Shown piece after piece: positions 61,101-64,000 of a stretch of DNA of 64,000 nucleotides. The DNA is from Macrostomum hystrix (taxonomy: Eukaryota > Animalia > Platyhelminthes): assembly GCA_950097015.1 (NCBI GenBank), contig CATNEN010000009.1, positions 372,001-436,000 of the forward strand, read 5' to 3'. Both the position numbers and the translations under genes were made by a program. Positions within the stretch are counted from its first letter, which is position 1, and each line of letters starts with the position of its first letter. Under the pieces are notes generated by a model. That model was not told where the DNA came from and did no database searches. It worked only from the letters and a program-made list of their open reading frames with translations.

Positions 61101-63258
61101 TGTATATATATATCTGCTGCTCTGACACCCTCACAGCTCTGACAGACTCTTGTATATATATATCTGCTGCTCTGACACCCTCACAGCTCTGACAGACTCA
61201 TGTATATATATCTGCTGCTCTGACACCCTCACAGCCCTGACAGACTCATGTATATATATATCTGCTGCTCTGACACCCTCACAGCTCTGACAGACTCATG
61301 TATATATATCTGCTGCTCTGACACCCTCACAGCTCTGACAGACTCATGTATATATATCTGCTGCTCTGACACCCTCACAACTCTGACAGACTCATGTATA
61401 TATATCTGCTGCTCTGACACCCTCACAGCCCTGACAGACTCATGTATATATATATATCTGCTGCTCTGACACCCTCACAGCTCTGACAGACTCATGTATA
61501 TATATATCTGCTGCTCTGACACCCTCACAGCCCTGACAGACTCATGTATATATATCTGCTGCTCTGACACCCTCACAGCTCTTACAGACTCATGTATATA
61601 TATCTGCTGCTCTGACACCCTCACAGCCCTGACAGACTCATGTATATATATATCTGCTGCTCTGACACCCTCACAGCCTCTGACAGACTCATGTATATAT
61701 ATCTGCTGCTCTGACACCCTCACAGCTCTGACAGACTCATGTATATATATCTGCTGCTCTGACACCCTCACAGCTCTGACAGACTCATGTATATATATCT
61801 GCTGCTCTGACACCCTCACAGCTCTGACAGACTCATGTATATATATCTGCTGCTCTGACACCCTCACAGCTCTGACAGACTCATGTATATATATCTGCTG
61901 CTCTGACACCCTCACAGCCCTGACAGACTCATGTATATATATATCTGCTGCTCTGACACCCTCACAGCCCTGACAGACTCATGTATATATATCTGCTGCT
62001 CTGACACCCTCACAGCTCTGACAGACTCATGTATATATATCTGCTGCTCTGACACCCTCACAGCCCTGACAGACTCATGTATATATATCTGCTGCTCTGA
62101 CACCCTCACAGCCCTGACAGACTCATGTATATATATATATCTGCTGCTCTGACACCCTCACAGCTCTGACAGACTCATGTATATATATCTGCTGCTCTGA
62201 CACCCTCACAGCCCTGACAGACTCATGTATATATATCTGCTGCTCTGACACCCTCACAGCCCTGACAGACTCATGTATATATATCTGCTGCTCTGACACC
62301 CTCACAGCTCTGACAGACTCATGTATATATATCTGCTGCTCTGACACCCTCACAGCCCCGACAGACTCATGTATATATATATCTGCTGCTCTGACACCCT
62401 CACAGCCCTGACAGACTCATGTATATATATATATCTGCTGCTCTGACACCCTCACAGCCCTGACAGACTCATGTATATATATATCTGCTGCTCTGACACC
62501 CTCACAGCTCTGACAGACTCATGTATATATATCTGCTGCTCTGACACCCTCACAGCCCTGACAGACTCATGTATATATATATATCTGCTGCTCTGACACC
62601 CTCACAGCTCTGACAGACTCATGTATATATATCTGCTGCTCTGACACCCTCACAGCCCTGACAGACTCATGTATATATATATATCTGCTGCTCTGACACC
62701 CTCACAGCTCTGACAGACTCATGTATATATATCTGCTGCTCTGACACCCTCACAGCCCTGACAGACTCATGTATATATATATATCTGCTGCTCTGACACC
62801 CTCACAGCCCTGACAGACTCATGTATATATATCTGCTGCTCTGACACCCTCACAGCTCTGACAGACTCATGTATATATATCTGCTGCTCTGACACCCTCA
62901 CAGCCCCGACAGACTCATGTATATATATATCTGCTGCTCTGACACCCTCACAGCCCTGACAGACTCATGTATATATATATCTGCTGCTCTGACACCCTCA
63001 CAGCTCTGACAGACTCATGTATATATATCTGCTGCTCTGACACCCTCACAGCTCTGACAGACTCTTGTATATATAATTGCTGCTCTGACACCCTCACAGC
63101 TCTGACAGACTCATGTATATATATCTGCTGCTCTGACACCCTCACAGCTCTGACAGACTCATGTATATATATATGCTGCTCTGACACCCTCACAGCTCTG
63201 ACAGACTCATGTATATATATCTGCTGCTCTGACACCCTCACAGCTCTGACAGACTCAT
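58135..63258. repeat. ~48-52-bp minisatellite with embedded variable (TA)n, ~5.1 kb (~100 copies)
   Basis: Unit CTGCTGCTCTGACACCCTCACAG(C/T)(C/T)CTGACAGACTCATG(TA)nT. Confidence 0.98.
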
Positions 63259-63603
63259 ACGTATAATATCTCCTGCAAGAAGCAGTTGCCAGCTGTTTAG
63301 CTAAGGTCAGGTTAATTTATTGATTGAAGTGAGTCTTTAGGTCCAGTTAGGTTTCCTGTAATTAATCGAATGTCCGAATTGAATTTAAAGTGGAATGGCA
63401 AAGTGTATTTATGTACGAGTGACTCAGAGAGTAAACTCATTGGCAGCTCAGGCATAGCTAAGGCATTTATTTCAACCTGCACTCGGTTCCTAGCCTTGCA
63501 CAAAGGATTGAGCTTGGCAGAAATGTGTACTTCGCCAACAAATTATAAATTTGAAATCTTAGAATAGCCGGCTGGTTTGAGCAGGTGCATCGCATGCAGA
63601 GAC

Positions 63604-64000
63604 TCAGAGCTCCTCTTTAATATCATTTTTTTCTTTATCGGTTGCTCCGTCATCCACATTGAAGATGAGGCGCTCAGCATCCAGGACGTCGCGCATATAG
63701 AGCACATTCGGGTCGTTGCTACGGGCGTCTCCGGGCAGATCGGGGCGAAACTGTCGGTTGAACTCAATCAGAAAGCGAAGCGCATCGGTGAACCCGCGGC
63801 CTCCGGTCTCGTCTGTCATGCGGCTGGACCGGACCCCGCCCGTCTTCGTCACCATAAGCACCGACATGCCGGGCACCGAGACGGTCATGCCAGCGAGGCC
63901 CACCGATTTGAGCGACTCCGGCGAGTCCGCATGCGGCAGCAGGGCGAAATTGAAATTCCGCGTCAGCTTGCGGGACAGCACCTTGTGCAGCAGGGCGGGC
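63604..64000 (-). CDS. Terminal coding exon of an unidentified gene entering from beyond the window end
   Basis: Open GC3-rich frame from the window edge (ALLHKVLSRKLTRNFNF...YMRDVLDAERLIFNVDD...KEEL*), non-repetitive. Confidence 0.65.
   Translation of the reverse strand, partial: PALLHKVLSRKLTRNFNFALLPHADSPESLKSVGLAGMTVSVPGMSVLMVTKTGGVRSSRMTDETGGRGFTDALRFLIEFNRQFRPDLPGDARSNDPNVLYMRDVLDAERLIFNVDDGATDKEKNDIKEEL

Overview
Eukaryotic (animal) genomic DNA with GT-AG introns. The short GC3-rich exons, and introns packed with unique 11-83 bp minisatellites, resemble a Macrostomum-type flatworm genome (inference). I reconstructed exons by hand and checked phases for four genes: (1) the 5' part of an insulin/IGF receptor (minus strand, ATG 14006, runs off the window start); (2) an orphan single-pass membrane protein gene (plus, 23123-30987); (3) a 16-exon POMGNT1-like GT13 glycosyltransferase (minus, 43337-31378) whose catalytic-site residues appear substituted; (4) a zinc-finger plus TALE-homeodomain gene (plus, 52151-57603). 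One unidentified terminal exon sits at the window end. Mobile DNA: a decayed APE-RT LINE (about 20.9-22.85 kb) and a young full-length Ty3/Gypsy element (24583-30066). The Gypsy has 177-bp LTRs, a GAGT target-site duplication (TSD), a tRNA-Leu primer-binding site (PBS) and a -1 frameshift pseudoknot. It is inserted into a minisatellite and itself interrupted by a 521-bp LINE 3' fragment. About 30 distinct tandem arrays cover a large part of the window, and several contain copies of the neighbouring splice site. Most long ORFs in the supplied track are repeat artefacts.
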